Part shown: positions 21,260 through 33,587 of the stretch, in pieces
How positions within the stretch are numbered: position 1 is the stretch's first letter
How the letters are laid out: every line of letters begins with the position of its first letter
Assembly (NCBI RefSeq): GCF_988242995.1
Contig: NZ_OZ547043.1
Length of the DNA stretch: 64,000 bases
Strand: one strand, 5' to 3'
Notes under the pieces: generated by a model
What the model saw: the letters and a program-made list of their open reading frames with translations, nothing else
What the model was told of the DNA's origin: nothing
Databases searched by the model: none
Translations under genes and position numbers: made by a program

Positions 21260-24200
21260 TGCAGGTGTTACCCCCGAGCAGCACAGGCGGCCCGTCGCGC
21301 CTGTTTATTATGCGTCCTGTCGCCACCACGCTGCTGATGGTGGCGATCTTACTCGCCGGGATTATCGGTTATCGCGCCCTGCCCGTTTCGGCGCTGCCGG
21401 AAGTGGACTATCCGACCATTCAGGTAGTCACGCTCTACCCAGGTGCGAGCCCGGATGTCATGACCTCTGCCGTTACCGCGCCGCTTGAACGCCAGTTTGG
21501 GCAGATGTCTGGCCTGAAACAGATGTCGTCGCAAAGTTCCGGCGGTGCGTCAGTTATCACCTTACAGTTCCAGCTAACATTACCGCTCGATGTCGCCGAG
21601 CAGGAAGTGCAGGCCGCGATTAACGCTGCGACCAACTTGTTGCCGAGCGATCTGCCTAACCCGCCGGTTTACAGCAAAGTGAACCCGGCAGATCCACCAA
21701 TCATGACGCTCGCCGTCACCTCAACCGCCATGCCAATGACGCAAGTGGAAGATATGGTGGAAACCCGCGTCGCGCAGAAAATCTCGCAGATTTCCGGTGT
21801 CGGCCTGGTGACGCTTTCCGGCGGCCAGCGTCCGGCTGTTCGCGTCAAACTTAACGCTCAGGCGATTGCCGCCCTCGGCCTGACCAGCGAAACCGTACGC
21901 ACCGCTATTACCGGCGCTAACGTTAACTCGGCAAAAGGTAGCCTCGACGGCCCTTCCCGTGCGGTCACACTTTCCGCGAACGACCAGATGCAATCCGCCG
22001 AAGAGTATCGCCAGCTGATCATCGCCTACCAGAACGGCGCGCCGATTCGTCTGGGCGATGTCGCAACCGTAGAGCAAGGTGCAGAAAACAGCTGGCTCGG
22101 CGCATGGGCGAATAAAGAACAGGCCATTGTGATGAATGTTCAGCGCCAGCCCGGTGCTAACATTATCTCCACCGCCGACAGCATCCGGCAGATGCTGCCA
22201 CAGCTCACCGAGAGTCTGCCGAAATCGGTGAAGGTGACGGTACTTTCTGACCGTACCACCAATATCCGCGCATCCGTCGATGATACCCAGTTTGAACTGA
22301 TGATGGCTATCGCGCTGGTAGTCATGATTATCTACCTGTTTTTGCGCAATATTCCGGCGACCATCATTCCTGGCGTCGCAGTGCCGCTGTCGTTAATTGG
22401 CACCTTTGCGGTTATGGTGTTTCTCGATTTTTCAATCAATAACCTGACGCTGATGGCGTTAACTATCGCCACCGGATTCGTGGTCGATGACGCCATCGTG
22501 GTGATCGAGAACATTTCGCGCTATATCGAAAAAGGCGAAAAACCGCTGGCGGCGGCGCTCAAAGGCGCAGGTGAAATCGGCTTTACCATTATCTCGCTGA
22601 CCTTCTCACTGATTGCAGTGTTGATCCCACTGCTATTTATGGGCGATATCGTCGGGCGACTGTTCCGCGAATTTGCAATTACTCTGGCAGTCGCGATTTT
22701 GATCTCAGCCGTGGTGTCGCTGACCCTGACACCGATGATGTGTGCGCGGATGCTCAGCCAGGAGTCGCTGCGTAAACAGAACCGCTTCTCCCGTGCCTCG
22801 GAAAAAATGTTCGACAGGATAATCGCCGCCTATGGTCAGGGACTTGCGAAAGTGCTGAATCATCCGTGGCTGACCTTAAGCGTGGCGCTCAGCACGCTGC
22901 TGCTTAGCGTGCTGTTGTGGGTGTTCATTCCGAAAGGTTTCTTCCCGGTACAGGACAACGGCATTATTCAGGGCACTTTGCAGGCACCGCAATCCAGCTC
23001 CTTTACCAATATGGCCCAGCGGCAACGCCAGGTCGCGGATGTGATTTTGCAAGATCCGGCGGTGCAAAGTCTGACCTCATTTGTTGGCGTTGATGGCACT
23101 AACCCGTCGCTGAACAGTGCGCGTTTGCAGATCAACCTCAAACCGTTGGATGAACGTGATGATCGGGTGCAAAAAGTCATCGCCCGTCTGCAAACGGCGG
23201 TGGATAAAGTGCCGGGCGTCGATCTCTTCCTGCAACCAACGCAGGACCTGACCATCGATACTCAGGTCAGCCGCACCCAGTACCAGTTTACCTTGCAGGC
23301 CACGTCACTGGATGCGCTCAGTACCTGGGTGCCACAGTTGATGGAAAAACTCCAGCAACTGCCACAGCTTTCTGATGTCTCCAGCGACTGGCAGGACAAA
23401 GGGCTGGTGGCGTATGTCAATGTTGATCGCGACAGCGCCAGCCGTCTGGGGATCAGCATGGCGGACGTCGATAACGCCCTGTACAACGCGTTTGGTCAGC
23501 GACTGATTTCCACTATTTATACTCAGGCCAACCAGTATCGCGTGGTGCTGGAGCACAACACCGAAAATACTCCTGGGCTTGCGGCGCTGGATACTATTCG
23601 CCTGACCAGCAGCGACGGCGGCGTGGTGCCGCTAAGCTCAATTGCCAAAATTGAGCAGCGTTTTGCGCCGCTTTCCATCAACCATCTGGATCAGTTCCCG
23701 GTAACGACCATCTCCTTTAACGTGCCGGATAACTATTCGCTGGGCGATGCGGTGCAGGCGATTATGGACACCGAAAAGACGCTGAATCTGCCGGTGGATA
23801 TCACCACGCAGTTCCAGGGCAGCACCCTCGCCTTCCAGTCGGCGTTGGGCAGCACTGTCTGGCTGATTGTCGCGGCGGTGGTGGCGATGTATATCGTGCT
23901 CGGCATTCTGTACGAGAGCTTTATTCACCCGATCACCATTCTCTCGACGCTACCCACCGCAGGGGTCGGCGCACTGCTGGCGTTACTGATTGCCGGTAGC
24001 GAGCTGGATGTGATTGCGATTATCGGCATTATTTTGCTGATCGGTATCGTGAAGAAGAACGCCATCATGATGATCGACTTCGCGCTGGCTGCTGAGCGCG
24101 AGCAAGGCATGTCGCCGCGCGAGGCAATCTACCAGGCTTGTCTGTTACGTTTTCGTCCGATCCTGATGACCACTCTGGCGGCTCTGCTTGGCGCGCTGCC

Positions 24201-24381
24201 GCTGATGTTGAGTACCGGGGTCGGCGCGGAACTGCGTCGTCCGTTAGGTATCGGCATGGTCGGCGGTCTGATTGTCAGCCAGGTGCTGACGCTGTTCACC
24301 ACGCCGGTGATTTATCTGCTGTTCGACCGCCTGGCATTGTGGACCAAAAGTCGCTTTGCTCGCCATGAAGAGGAGGCGTAA
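21259..24381 (+). CDS. mdtB: RND multidrug efflux transporter MdtB
   Basis: 1040-aa ORF; 12-TM RND architecture; start overlaps the mdtA stop. Confidence 0.9.
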   Translation: MQVLPPSSTGGPSRLFIMRPVATTLLMVAILLAGIIGYRALPVSALPEVDYPTIQVVTLYPGASPDVMTSAVTAPLERQFGQMSGLKQMSSQSSGGASVITLQFQLTLPLDVAEQEVQAAINAATNLLPSDLPNPPVYSKVNPADPPIMTLAVTSTAMPMTQVEDMVETRVAQKISQISGVGLVTLSGGQRPAVRVKLNAQAIAALGLTSETVRTAITGANVNSAKGSLDGPSRAVTLSANDQMQSAEEYRQLIIAYQNGAPIRLGDVATVEQGAENSWLGAWANKEQAIVMNVQRQPGANIISTADSIRQMLPQLTESLPKSVKVTVLSDRTTNIRASVDDTQFELMMAIALVVMIIYLFLRNIPATIIPGVAVPLSLIGTFAVMVFLDFSINNLTLMALTIATGFVVDDAIVVIENISRYIEKGEKPLAAALKGAGEIGFTIISLTFSLIAVLIPLLFMGDIVGRLFREFAITLAVAILISAVVSLTLTPMMCARMLSQESLRKQNRFSRASEKMFDRIIAAYGQGLAKVLNHPWLTLSVALSTLLLSVLLWVFIPKGFFPVQDNGIIQGTLQAPQSSSFTNMAQRQRQVADVILQDPAVQSLTSFVGVDGTNPSLNSARLQINLKPLDERDDRVQKVIARLQTAVDKVPGVDLFLQPTQDLTIDTQVSRTQYQFTLQATSLDALSTWVPQLMEKLQQLPQLSDVSSDWQDKGLVAYVNVDRDSASRLGISMADVDNALYNAFGQRLISTIYTQANQYRVVLEHNTENTPGLAALDTIRLTSSDGGVVPLSSIAKIEQRFAPLSINHLDQFPVTTISFNVPDNYSLGDAVQAIMDTEKTLNLPVDITTQFQGSTLAFQSALGSTVWLIVAAVVAMYIVLGILYESFIHPITILSTLPTAGVGALLALLIAGSELDVIAIIGIILLIGIVKKNAIMMIDFALAAEREQGMSPREAIYQACLLRFRPILMTTLAALLGALPLMLSTGVGAELRRPLGIGMVGGLIVSQVLTLFTTPVIYLLFDRLALWTKSRFARHEEEA

Positions 24382-27300
24382 GTGAAGTTTTTTGCCCTCT
24401 TCATTTACCGCCCGGTGGCGACGATTTTACTGTCGGTCGCCATTACCCTGTGCGGCATACTGGGCTTCCGTATGCTGCCGGTCGCCCCACTGCCGCAGGT
24501 CGATTTTCCGGTGATTATGGTCAGCGCCTCGCTGCCCGGTGCGTCACCAGAAACAATGGCGTCTTCCGTTGCCACGCCGCTGGAACGTTCGCTTGGGCGC
24601 ATTGCCGGGGTTAGTGAAATGACCTCCAGCAGTTCGCTCGGCAGCACGCGCATTATTTTGCAGTTTGATTTTGACCGCGATATCAACGGCGCAGCGCGCG
24701 ATGTGCAAGCGGCGATCAACGCCGCGCAAAGTTTGCTGCCCAGCGGGATGCCAAGCCGTCCGACCTATCGCAAAGCGAACCCGTCGGATGCGCCAATAAT
24801 GATCCTGACGCTGACGTCCGATACTTATTCGCAGGGTGAACTGTACGATTTCGCCTCGACGCAGTTGGCTCCGACGATTTCGCAAATCGACGGTGTCGGT
24901 GATGTCGATGTTGGCGGCAGCTCGCTGCCCGCCGTACGCGTCGGGCTGAATCCGCAGGCGCTGTTTAATCAGGGCGTGTCGCTGGACGATGTGCGCAGCG
25001 CCATCAGCAATGCCAACGTGCGTAAACCGCAGGGGGCGCTGGAAGATAGCACTCACCGCTGGCAGATCCAGACCAACGATGAGCTAAAAACCGCCGCTGA
25101 ATATCAGCCGTTGATTATTCATTACAACAACGGCGGCGCGGTTCGTCTGGGCGATGTGGCGACGGTGACCGACTCGGTGCAGGATGTGCGCAACGCCGGG
25201 ATGACCAACGCCAAACCGGCTATTTTGCTGATGATCCGCAAGCTGCCGGAAGCCAATATTATCCAGACGGTTGACAGCATCCGGGCAAAATTACCGGAGT
25301 TGCAGGAGACCATTCCGGCGGCGATTGATCTGCAAATTGCCCAGGATCGCTCCCCCACTATTCGCGCCTCGCTGGAGGAAGTAGAGCAAACGCTGATTAT
25401 CTCGGTGGCGCTGGTCATTCTGGTGGTCTTTTTATTCCTGCGCTCGGGTCGCGCCACTATTATTCCCGCCGTTGCGGTGCCGGTTTCGCTGATTGGTACG
25501 TTTGCGGCGATGTACCTGTGCGGTTTCAGTCTCAATAACCTGTCGTTAATGGCGCTCACTATTGCTACTGGTTTCGTGGTGGATGACGCCATCGTGGTGC
25601 TGGAAAACATTGCCCGTCACCTGGAAGCGGGGATGAAACCACTACAGGCCGCACTGCAAGGTACTCGCGAAGTCGGTTTTACGGTGCTGTCGATGAGTCT
25701 GTCACTAGTGGCGGTGTTCCTGCCGCTGCTGTTGATGGGCGGATTGCCGGGCCGACTGTTACGCGAATTTGCCGTGACGCTTTCTGTTGCCATTGGGATT
25801 TCGTTGCTGGTTTCCCTGACGCTAACGCCGATGATGTGCGGCTGGATGCTAAAAGCCAGCAAGCCGCGCGAGCAAAAGCGACTGCGTGGTTTTGGTCGCA
25901 TGTTGGTAGCCCTGCAACAAGGCTATGGCAAGTCGCTGAAATGGGTGCTCAATCATACCCGTCTGGTGGGCGTGGTGCTGCTTGGCACCATTGCGCTGAA
26001 TATCTGGCTATATATCTCGATCCCGAAAACCTTCTTCCCGGAGCAGGACACCGGCGTGTTGATGGGCGGGATACAGGCGGATCAGAGTATTTCGTTTCAG
26101 GCGATGCGCGGTAAGTTGCAGGATTTTATGAAAATTATCCGTGACGATCCGGCGGTGGATAATGTCACCGGCTTTACCGGCGGTTCGCGGGTGAACAGTG
26201 GGATGATGTTTATCACCCTCAAGCCACGCGACGAACGCAGCGAAACGGCGCAGCAAATTATCGACCGTCTGCGCGTAAAACTGGCGAAAGAACCGGGGGC
26301 GAATCTGTTCCTGATGGCGGTACAGGATATTCGCGTTGGCGGACGTCAGTCGAACGCCAGTTACCAGTACACGTTGTTATCCGACGACCTGGCGGCACTG
26401 CGCGAATGGGAGCCGAAAATCCGCAAAAAACTGGCAACGTTGCCGGAACTGGCGGACGTGAACTCCGATCAGCAGGATAACGGCGCGGAGATGAATCTGG
26501 TTTACGACCGCGACACCATGGCGCGGCTGGGAATCGACGTGCAGGCCGCCAACAGCCTGTTAAATAACGCCTTCGGTCAGCGGCAAATCTCGACCATTTA
26601 CCAGCCGATGAACCAGTACAAAGTGGTGATGGAAGTGGATCCGCGCTATACCCAGGACATCAGCGCGCTGGAAAAAATGTTCGTTATCAATAACGAAGGA
26701 AAAGCGATCCCGCTGTCGTATTTCGCTAAATGGCAACCGGCGAATGCTCCGCTGTCGGTGAATCATCAGGGATTATCGGCGGCCTCGACCATTTCGTTTA
26801 ACCTGCCGACCGGGAAATCGCTCTCGGACGCCAGTGCGGCGATCGATCGCGCAATGACCCAGCTTGGTGTGCCTTCGACGGTGCGCGGTAGTTTTGCCGG
26901 CACGGCGCAGGTGTTCCAGGAGACGATGAACTCGCAGGTGATCCTGATTATCGCCGCCATCGCCACGGTGTATATCGTGCTGGGTATCCTTTACGAGAGT
27001 TACGTACATCCGCTGACGATTCTCTCCACCCTGCCCTCGGCGGGCGTTGGAGCGCTGTTGGCGCTGGAGCTGTTCAATGCCCCGTTCAGCCTAATCGCCC
27101 TGATAGGGATCATGCTATTAATCGGCATCGTGAAGAAAAACGCCATTATGATGGTCGATTTTGCGCTTGAAGCCCAACGGCACGGTAACCTGACGCCGCA
27201 GGAAGCTATTTTCCAGGCCTGTCTGCTGCGTTTTCGCCCGATTATGATGACTACCCTGGCGGCGCTGTTTGGTGCGCTGCCGCTGGTATTGTCGGGCGGT

Positions 27301-27459
27301 GACGGCTCGGAGTTGCGGCAACCATTGGGGATCACCATTGTCGGCGGTCTGGTCATGAGCCAGCTTCTGACGCTGTATACCACGCCGGTGGTGTATCTCT
27401 TTTTCGACCGTCTGCGGCTGCGTTTTTCGCGTAAACCTAAACAAGCGGTAACCGAGTAA
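24382..27459 (+). CDS. mdtC: RND multidrug efflux transporter MdtC
   Basis: 1025-aa ORF paralogous to MdtB; contiguous with mdtB. Confidence 0.9.
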   Translation: MKFFALFIYRPVATILLSVAITLCGILGFRMLPVAPLPQVDFPVIMVSASLPGASPETMASSVATPLERSLGRIAGVSEMTSSSSLGSTRIILQFDFDRDINGAARDVQAAINAAQSLLPSGMPSRPTYRKANPSDAPIMILTLTSDTYSQGELYDFASTQLAPTISQIDGVGDVDVGGSSLPAVRVGLNPQALFNQGVSLDDVRSAISNANVRKPQGALEDSTHRWQIQTNDELKTAAEYQPLIIHYNNGGAVRLGDVATVTDSVQDVRNAGMTNAKPAILLMIRKLPEANIIQTVDSIRAKLPELQETIPAAIDLQIAQDRSPTIRASLEEVEQTLIISVALVILVVFLFLRSGRATIIPAVAVPVSLIGTFAAMYLCGFSLNNLSLMALTIATGFVVDDAIVVLENIARHLEAGMKPLQAALQGTREVGFTVLSMSLSLVAVFLPLLLMGGLPGRLLREFAVTLSVAIGISLLVSLTLTPMMCGWMLKASKPREQKRLRGFGRMLVALQQGYGKSLKWVLNHTRLVGVVLLGTIALNIWLYISIPKTFFPEQDTGVLMGGIQADQSISFQAMRGKLQDFMKIIRDDPAVDNVTGFTGGSRVNSGMMFITLKPRDERSETAQQIIDRLRVKLAKEPGANLFLMAVQDIRVGGRQSNASYQYTLLSDDLAALREWEPKIRKKLATLPELADVNSDQQDNGAEMNLVYDRDTMARLGIDVQAANSLLNNAFGQRQISTIYQPMNQYKVVMEVDPRYTQDISALEKMFVINNEGKAIPLSYFAKWQPANAPLSVNHQGLSAASTISFNLPTGKSLSDASAAIDRAMTQLGVPSTVRGSFAGTAQVFQETMNSQVILIIAAIATVYIVLGILYESYVHPLTILSTLPSAGVGALLALELFNAPFSLIALIGIMLLIGIVKKNAIMMVDFALEAQRHGNLTPQEAIFQACLLRFRPIMMTTLAALFGALPLVLSGGDGSELRQPLGITIVGGLVMSQLLTLYTTPVVYLFFDRLRLRFSRKPKQAVTE

Positions 27460-28875
27460 ATGACAGATCTTCCCGACAGCACCCGCTGGCAATTGTGGAT
27501 TGTGGCTTTCGGCTTCTTTATGCAGTCGCTGGACACCACCATCGTTAACACCGCGCTTCCCTCAATGGCGCAAAGCCTCGGGGAAAGTCCGTTGCATATG
27601 CACATGGTCATTGTCTCTTATGTACTGACCGTGGCGGTGATGTTGCCTGCCAGCGGCTGGCTGGCGGACAAAGTCGGCGTACGCAATATTTTCTTTACCG
27701 CCATCGTGCTGTTTACTCTCGGTTCACTGTTTTGCGCGCTTTCCGGCACGCTGAACGAACTGTTGCTGGCACGCGCGTTACAGGGCGTTGGCGGTGCGAT
27801 GATGGTGCCGGTCGGCAGATTGACGGTGATGAAAATCGTACCGCGCGAGCAATATATGGCGGCGATGACCTTTGTCACACTGCCCGGTCAGGTCGGTCCG
27901 CTGCTGGGTCCGGCGCTCGGCGGTCTGCTGGTGGAGTACGCATCGTGGCACTGGATCTTTTTGATCAACATTCCGGTGGGGATTATCGGTGCGATCGCAA
28001 CACTAATGTTGATGCCGAACTACACCATGCAGACGCGGCGCTTCGATCTCTCCGGCTTTTTATTGCTGGCGGTTGGTATGGCGGTATTAACCCTGGCGCT
28101 GGACGGCAGTAAAGGTACAGGTTTATCGCCGCTGGCGATTGCTGGCCTGGTCGCAGTTGGCGTGGTAGCACTGGTGCTTTATTTGCTGCACGCCAGAAAT
28201 AACAACCGCGCCCTGTTCAGTCTGAAACTGTTCCGCACTCGTACCTTTTCGCTGGGCCTGGCGGGGAGTTTTGCCGGACGTATCGGTAGCGGCATGTTGC
28301 CCTTTATGACGCCGGTTTTCCTGCAAATTGGCCTTGGCTTCTCACCGTTTCATGCCGGACTGATGATGATCCCGATGGTGCTTGGCAGCATGGGGATGAA
28401 GCGAATTGTTGTACAGGTGGTGAATCGCTTTGGTTATCGTCGGGTGCTGGTGGCGACCACGCTGGGTCTGTCGCTGGTCACCCTGTTGTTTATGACCACC
28501 GCGCTGCTGGGCTGGTACTACGTTTTACCGTTCGTCCTGTTTTTACAAGGAATGGTCAACTCAACGCGTTTCTCCTCCATGAACACCCTGACGCTGAAAG
28601 ATCTCCCGGACAATCTGGCGAGCAGCGGAAACAGCCTGCTGTCGATGATTATGCAATTGTCGATGAGTATCGGCGTCACCATCGCCGGGCTGTTGCTGGG
28701 GCTTTTTGGTTCGCAGCATGTCAGCGTCGACAGCGGCACCACACAAACCGTCTTTATGTACACCTGGCTTAGCATGGCGTTTATCATCGCCCTTCCGGCG
28801 TTCATCTTTGCCAGAGTGCCGAACGATACGCATCAAAATGTAGCTATTTCGCGGCGAAAAAGGAGCGCGCAATGA
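27460..28875 (+). CDS. mdtD: MFS transporter MdtD
   Basis: 471-aa ORF, highly hydrophobic, MFS-like; part of the mdtABCD-baeSR operon. Confidence 0.9.
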   Translation: MTDLPDSTRWQLWIVAFGFFMQSLDTTIVNTALPSMAQSLGESPLHMHMVIVSYVLTVAVMLPASGWLADKVGVRNIFFTAIVLFTLGSLFCALSGTLNELLLARALQGVGGAMMVPVGRLTVMKIVPREQYMAAMTFVTLPGQVGPLLGPALGGLLVEYASWHWIFLINIPVGIIGAIATLMLMPNYTMQTRRFDLSGFLLLAVGMAVLTLALDGSKGTGLSPLAIAGLVAVGVVALVLYLLHARNNNRALFSLKLFRTRTFSLGLAGSFAGRIGSGMLPFMTPVFLQIGLGFSPFHAGLMMIPMVLGSMGMKRIVVQVVNRFGYRRVLVATTLGLSLVTLLFMTTALLGWYYVLPFVLFLQGMVNSTRFSSMNTLTLKDLPDNLASSGNSLLSMIMQLSMSIGVTIAGLLLGLFGSQHVSVDSGTTQTVFMYTWLSMAFIIALPAFIFARVPNDTHQNVAISRRKRSAQ

Positions 28876-30275
28876 AGTTCTGGCGACCCGGTATTACCGG
28901 CAAACTGTTTCTGGCGATTTTCGCCACCTGCATTGTCTTGCTGATCAGTATGCACTGGGCGGTGCGTATCAGTTTTGAGCGTGGCTTTATTGATTACATC
29001 AAGCATGGTAATGAACAGCGATTACAACTGTTAAGTGATGCGCTTGGCGAGCAGTATGCGCAGCATGGCAACTGGCGCTTCCTGCGCAACAATGATCGCT
29101 TTGTCTTTCAGATCCTGCGTTCATTTGAACACGAAAATTCGGAAGATAAACCCGGCCCGGGTATGCCGCCGCACGGCTGGCGTACCCAGTTCTGGGTGGT
29201 TGATCAAAACAACAAAGTGCTGGTTGGTCCGCGAGCGCCGATTCCACCTGACGGTACACGGCGACCCATTCTGGTCAACGGTGCGGAAGTGGGTGCGGTG
29301 ATTGCCTCCCCTGTTGAGCGACTGACCCGCAATACTGATATCAATTTCGATAAACAACAGCGGCAAACCAGCTGGCTGATTGTCGCCCTGGCTACGTTAC
29401 TCGCGGCACTCGCCACCTTTCTGCTGGCGCGTGGTCTGTTGGCCCCGGTCAAACGGCTGGTGGACGGCACGCACAAACTGGCGGCGGGCGATTTCACTAC
29501 CCGCGTGACACCCACCAGTGAAGATGAACTGGGCAAACTGGCGCAAGACTTCAACCAGCTTGCCAGCACGCTGGAGAAAAACCAGCAAATGCGGCGCGAT
29601 TTTATGGCCGATATTTCTCACGAACTGCGTACGCCATTAGCGGTGCTGCGCGGTGAACTGGAAGCCATTCAGGATGGCGTGCGTAAATTCACGCCGGAGA
29701 CGGTGGCGTCTTTACAGGCGGAGGTCGGTACACTGACCAAACTGGTTGACGATCTCCATCAGTTGTCGATGTCTGATGAAGGCGCTCTCGCCTATCAAAA
29801 AGCACCGGTAGATTTGATCCCACTGCTGGAAGTAGCGGGCGGCGCATTTCGCGAACGATTCGCCAGCCGTGGCCTGAAACTGCAATTTTCCCTGCCAGAC
29901 AGTATTACCGTATTTGGCGATCGCGACCGTTTAATGCAGTTATTCAATAACTTACTGGAAAACAGCCTGCGCTACACTGACAGCGGCGGTAGCCTGAAAA
30001 TCTCTGCCGAGCAGCACGACAAAACGGTGCGACTGACCTTTGCCGACAGCGCGCCGGGCGTCAGTGACGATCAGCTACAAAAATTGTTTGAACGTTTTTA
30101 TCGCACCGAAGGTTCCCGCAACCGAGCCAGCGGCGGTTCCGGGCTGGGGCTGGCGATTTGCCTGAACATTGTTGAAGCACATAATGGTCGCATTATTGCT
30201 GCCCATTCGCCTTTTGGCGGGGTAAGCATTACAGTAGAGTTACCGCTGGAACGGGATTTACAGAGAGAAGTATGA
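28872..30275 (+). CDS. baeS: Envelope-stress sensor histidine kinase BaeS
   Basis: 467-aa ORF; HAMP region, H-box ([11 protein letters not shown]), C-terminal ATP-binding G-boxes. Confidence 0.9.
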
Positions 30276-30994
30276 CCGAGTTACCAATCGACGAGAACAC
30301 ACCGCGTATTTTGATCGTGGAAGATGAACCAAAGCTGGGGCAGTTGCTCATTGATTATCTGCGTGCTGCGAGCTATGCGCCGACGCTTATCAGCCACGGC
30401 GATCAGGTACTGCCGTATGTGCGCCAGACACCACCGGATCTGATCCTGCTGGATCTGATGCTCCCTGGCACCGATGGCCTGACGCTGTGCCGGGAAATTC
30501 GTCGTTTTTCTGACATTCCGATCGTGATGGTGACAGCAAAAATCGAAGAGATCGACCGCCTGCTGGGGCTGGAAATTGGCGCTGATGACTACATCTGCAA
30601 ACCGTACAGCCCACGGGAAGTGGTAGCGCGCGTCAAAACCATTTTGCGCCGTTGCAAACCGCAGCGTGAGTTGCAGCAACAGGATGCTGAAAGCCCGTTG
30701 ATTATCGACGAAGGTCGTTTTCAGGCTTCCTGGCGCGGAAAAATGCTTGACCTGACGCCTGCGGAATTTCGTCTGTTGAAAACGCTCTCTCATGAACCAG
30801 GAAAAGTGTTCTCCCGCGAGCAATTGCTCAATCATCTTTATGACGACTACCGCGTAGTAACCGACCGCACCATCGACAGCCACATTAAAAACCTGCGTCG
30901 CAAGCTGGAATCTCTCGACGCCGAACAGTCCTTTATCCGTGCCGTTTACGGCGTCGGTTACCGCTGGGAAGCCGACGCCTGCCGCATCGTTTAA
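30272..30994 (+). CDS. baeR: OmpR-family response regulator BaeR
   Basis: 240-aa ORF; receiver domain (ILIVEDEP...LDLMLPG) plus winged-helix output domain. Confidence 0.9.
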
Positions 30995-31173
30995 CATTTT
31001 TACCTGCCGGAGAAGGCATTCACGCCGCATCCGGCAACATTATCCCGCGCATGGTCAGCAAACTGACATTATCTCTCCGCCCTGGCAACCGCCTGAAAAT
31101 CGCTCATACTTTAATCGGTAAACAGTTCTTTTAGATGCTGTTTTCGATACGCAATTTCAATCAAGGAGTCATT

Positions 31174-31506
31174 ATGGCTGGTTGGTTTGAACTCAGTAAG
31201 AGCAGTGATAATCAGTTCCGGTTTGTGCTAAAAGCGGGCAATGGTGAGACTATCCTCACCAGCGAGCTATATACCTCAAAAGCCTCTGCGGAAAAGGGTA
31301 TCGCGTCGGTGCGTAGCAACAGCCCGCAAGAAGAACGCTATGAGAAAAAAACGGCAAGCAACGGCAAATTCTATTTCAATCTGAAAGCCGCCAATCATCA
31401 AATTATCGGCTCCAGCCAGATGTACGCCACCGCGCAATCTCGTGAAACCGGAATTGCCTCCGTTAAAGCCAATGGCACAAGCCAGACGGTGAAAGACAAT
31501 ACGTAA
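31174..31506 (+). CDS. yegP: UPF0339-family protein YegP (tandem DUF1508 repeats)
   Basis: ORF track 31135..31506; start at ATG 31174 with AAGGAG RBS (MAGWFELSKSS...), giving 110 aa with an internal two-fold repeat. Confidence 0.85.
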   Translation: MAGWFELSKSSDNQFRFVLKAGNGETILTSELYTSKASAEKGIASVRSNSPQEERYEKKTASNGKFYFNLKAANHQIIGSSQMYATAQSRETGIASVKANGTSQTVKDNT

Positions 31507-31653
31507 TTACGATGCCGGGCGTGGGTTGTTGGCGTCCGGCGCTTTACCAGCTCCCCCCTACAGCGCTACAATGCCCGCCCTTAAAGTGGGGGCACTCCCC
31601 TGGCCGCTTCATCAGGTGAAGCGGATCTGACCTGTCATCAGAACGAGAGAATT

Positions 31654-33015
31654 ATGTTTAAACCGGAACTCCTTTCCCCGGCGGGAACGCTGAAAAATAT
31701 GCGTTACGCTTTCGCTTATGGCGCAGATGCTGTTTATGCGGGCCAGCCGCGTTACTCCCTGCGTGTGCGCAACAACGAATTTAACCACGAAAATCTTCAG
31801 CTCGGCATCAATGAAGCCCACGCGCTGGGGAAAAAGTTTTATGTCGTGGTCAACATTGCACCGCACAACGCCAAGCTGAAAACCTTTATCCGTGACCTGA
31901 AACCGGTGGTGGAAATGGGGCCGGATGCGCTGATTATGTCTGATCCAGGGCTGATTATGCTGGTGCGCGAGCACTTCCCTGAAATGCCGATCCATCTCTC
32001 AGTACAGGCTAACGCCGTGAACTGGGCGACGGTGAAATTCTGGCAGCAAATGGGTCTGACCCGCGTGATCCTCTCTCGCGAACTGTCACTGGAAGAGATT
32101 GAAGAGATCCGCAATCAGGTGCCAGATATGGAGATCGAAATCTTCGTTCACGGCGCGCTGTGCATGGCCTACTCCGGTCGCTGCCTGCTCTCTGGCTATA
32201 TCAACAAGCGCGACCCGAACCAGGGCACCTGCACCAACGCCTGCCGCTGGGAGTACAACGTCCAGGAAGGGAAAGAAGATGACGTTGGCAACATCGTGCA
32301 CAAGTACGAGCCGATTCCGGTGCAAAATGTTGAGCCGACGCTGGGTATCGGCGCACCAACTGACAAAGTGTTTATGATCGAAGAAGCCCAGCGTCCGGGC
32401 GAGTATATGACCGCGTTTGAAGATGAGCACGGCACTTACATCATGAACTCGAAAGATCTGCGCGCTATCGCCCACGTTGAACGCCTGACCAAAATGGGCG
32501 TGCATTCGCTGAAAATCGAAGGCCGTACTAAATCTTTCTACTATTGCGCACGCACCGCACAGGTTTACCGTAAAGCTATCGATGACGCCGCTGCGGGCAA
32601 ACCGTTCGATACCAGCCTGCTGGAAACTCTGGAAGGTCTGGCGCATCGTGGCTATACCGAAGGTTTCCTGCGTCGTCATACTCACGACGATTATCAGAAC
32701 TACGAATACGGTTATTCAGTTTCTGACCGCCAGCAGTTTGTTGGTGAGTTTACCGGTGAGCGCAAGGGCGACCTCGCGGCGGTAGCGGTGAAAAATAAAT
32801 TCTCCGTTGGCGACAGCCTTGAGCTGATGACGCCGCAAGGCAACATTAATTTTACCCTTGAGCACATGGAAAACGCCAAAGGTGAAGCTATGCCGGTCGC
32901 ACCAGGCGATGGTTATACTGTGTGGATCCCGGTGCCGCAGGATCTTGAGCTAAATTACGCGCTGCTGATGCGTAATTTCTCCGGGGAAACCACGCGTAAC
33001 CCCCACGGTAAGTGA
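31654..33015 (+). CDS. yegQ: Peptidase U32-family protein YegQ (TrhP-type)
   Basis: 453-aa ORF beginning MFKPELLSPAGTLKNMRYAFAYGADAVYAG; Cys-rich U32 motif region. Confidence 0.9.
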   Translation: MFKPELLSPAGTLKNMRYAFAYGADAVYAGQPRYSLRVRNNEFNHENLQLGINEAHALGKKFYVVVNIAPHNAKLKTFIRDLKPVVEMGPDALIMSDPGLIMLVREHFPEMPIHLSVQANAVNWATVKFWQQMGLTRVILSRELSLEEIEEIRNQVPDMEIEIFVHGALCMAYSGRCLLSGYINKRDPNQGTCTNACRWEYNVQEGKEDDVGNIVHKYEPIPVQNVEPTLGIGAPTDKVFMIEEAQRPGEYMTAFEDEHGTYIMNSKDLRAIAHVERLTKMGVHSLKIEGRTKSFYYCARTAQVYRKAIDDAAAGKPFDTSLLETLEGLAHRGYTEGFLRRHTHDDYQNYEYGYSVSDRQQFVGEFTGERKGDLAAVAVKNKFSVGDSLELMTPQGNINFTLEHMENAKGEAMPVAPGDGYTVWIPVPQDLELNYALLMRNFSGETTRNPHGK

Positions 33016-33047
33016 TTAATTTCGATTATTTTTCCCGGATGGAAAAT

Positions 33048-33069
33048 TCTTAGAAACCGATCACATACA
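33048..33069 (+). promoter_or_regulatory. Putative CRP site of the cyaR promoter
   Basis: TTCTTAGAAACCGATCACATAC has a good TCACA right half-site and a weaker left half, centred about 41 bp upstream of the inferred cyaR 5' end; cyaR is known to be CRP-activated. Confidence 0.35.
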
Positions 33070-33099
33070 GCTGCATTTATTAAGGTTATCATCTGTTTC

Positions 33100-33186
33100 G
33101 CTGAAAAACATAACCCATAAAATGCTAGCTGTACCAGGAACCACCTCCTTAGCCTGTGTAATCTCCCTTACACGGGCTTATTTTTT
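33100..33186 (+). ncRNA. cyaR: CyaR (RyeE) Hfq-dependent sRNA
   Basis: 87 nt recognised from memory as CyaR: GCTGAAAAACATAACCCATAAAATGCTAGCTGTACCAGGAACCACCTCCTTAGCCTGTGTAATCTCCCTTACACGGGCTTATTTTTT, ending in an intrinsic terminator. Confidence 0.85.
33160..33186. other. P2-type attachment-site core (27 bp) overlapping the cyaR 3' terminator
   Basis: AATCTCCCTTACACGGGCTTATTTTTT is the reverse complement of the P2 att core AAAAAATAAGCCCGTGTAAGGGAGATT as recalled; it abuts the ogr end of the prophage. Confidence 0.7.
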
Positions 33187-33250
33187 ACGCGTAACACAAT
33201 GAAATAAAAGGATTTATTTCTGGTCACGTCCACACATTGACCACATCGAC

Positions 33251-33278
33251 AAAAAAGCCCCTCGACTGAGGGGCTTCC
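33251..33278 (-). terminator. Intrinsic terminator downstream of ogr
   Basis: Hairpin GCCCCTC-GACT-GAGGGGC followed by TTTTTT when read on the minus strand. Confidence 0.6.
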
Positions 33279-33287
33279 TGTTTGTAA

Positions 33288-33506
33288 TTACATCCACATA
33301 ATTTGCTGCCCTGACGGCAACGGGTGCGGTCTTACGGCGTGGACTTCTCCCGGCTTCACGATGTATCGCTGTACCGACTCATAAGTGATGAATGTGGCGC
33401 TGCAATTCACGTTCTGACACTGGTGATAACGCTCTTTTGTCGTGTCAGTGATATAGCGGCTTGTACGCGCATGTGCGGCATGCTGGCATAAAGGACAATG
33501 AAACAT
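33288..33506 (-). CDS. ogr: Late-gene transcription activator Ogr (Cys4 zinc finger)
   Basis: ORF track 33288..33569; start at ATG 33506 (MFHCPLCQHAAHARTSRYITDTTKERYHQCQNVNCSATF...), giving 72 aa. Confidence 0.9.
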   Translation of the reverse strand: MFHCPLCQHAAHARTSRYITDTTKERYHQCQNVNCSATFITYESVQRYIVKPGEVHAVRPHPLPSGQQIMWM

Positions 33507-33587
33507 CGCGAGCACCTCTTCCGGTTTTGTTGATGGTGCCATTTTAGTTAATTTATCCTTATAAAACAAACAGATAAATAAATTACA

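Noticed and set aside
31507-31653. yegP-yegQ intergenic region with partial palindromes, possible REP or sRNA
   Set aside because: Sequence does not match the REP consensus seen elsewhere in the window and I cannot identify a promoter-terminator pair; left unannotated.
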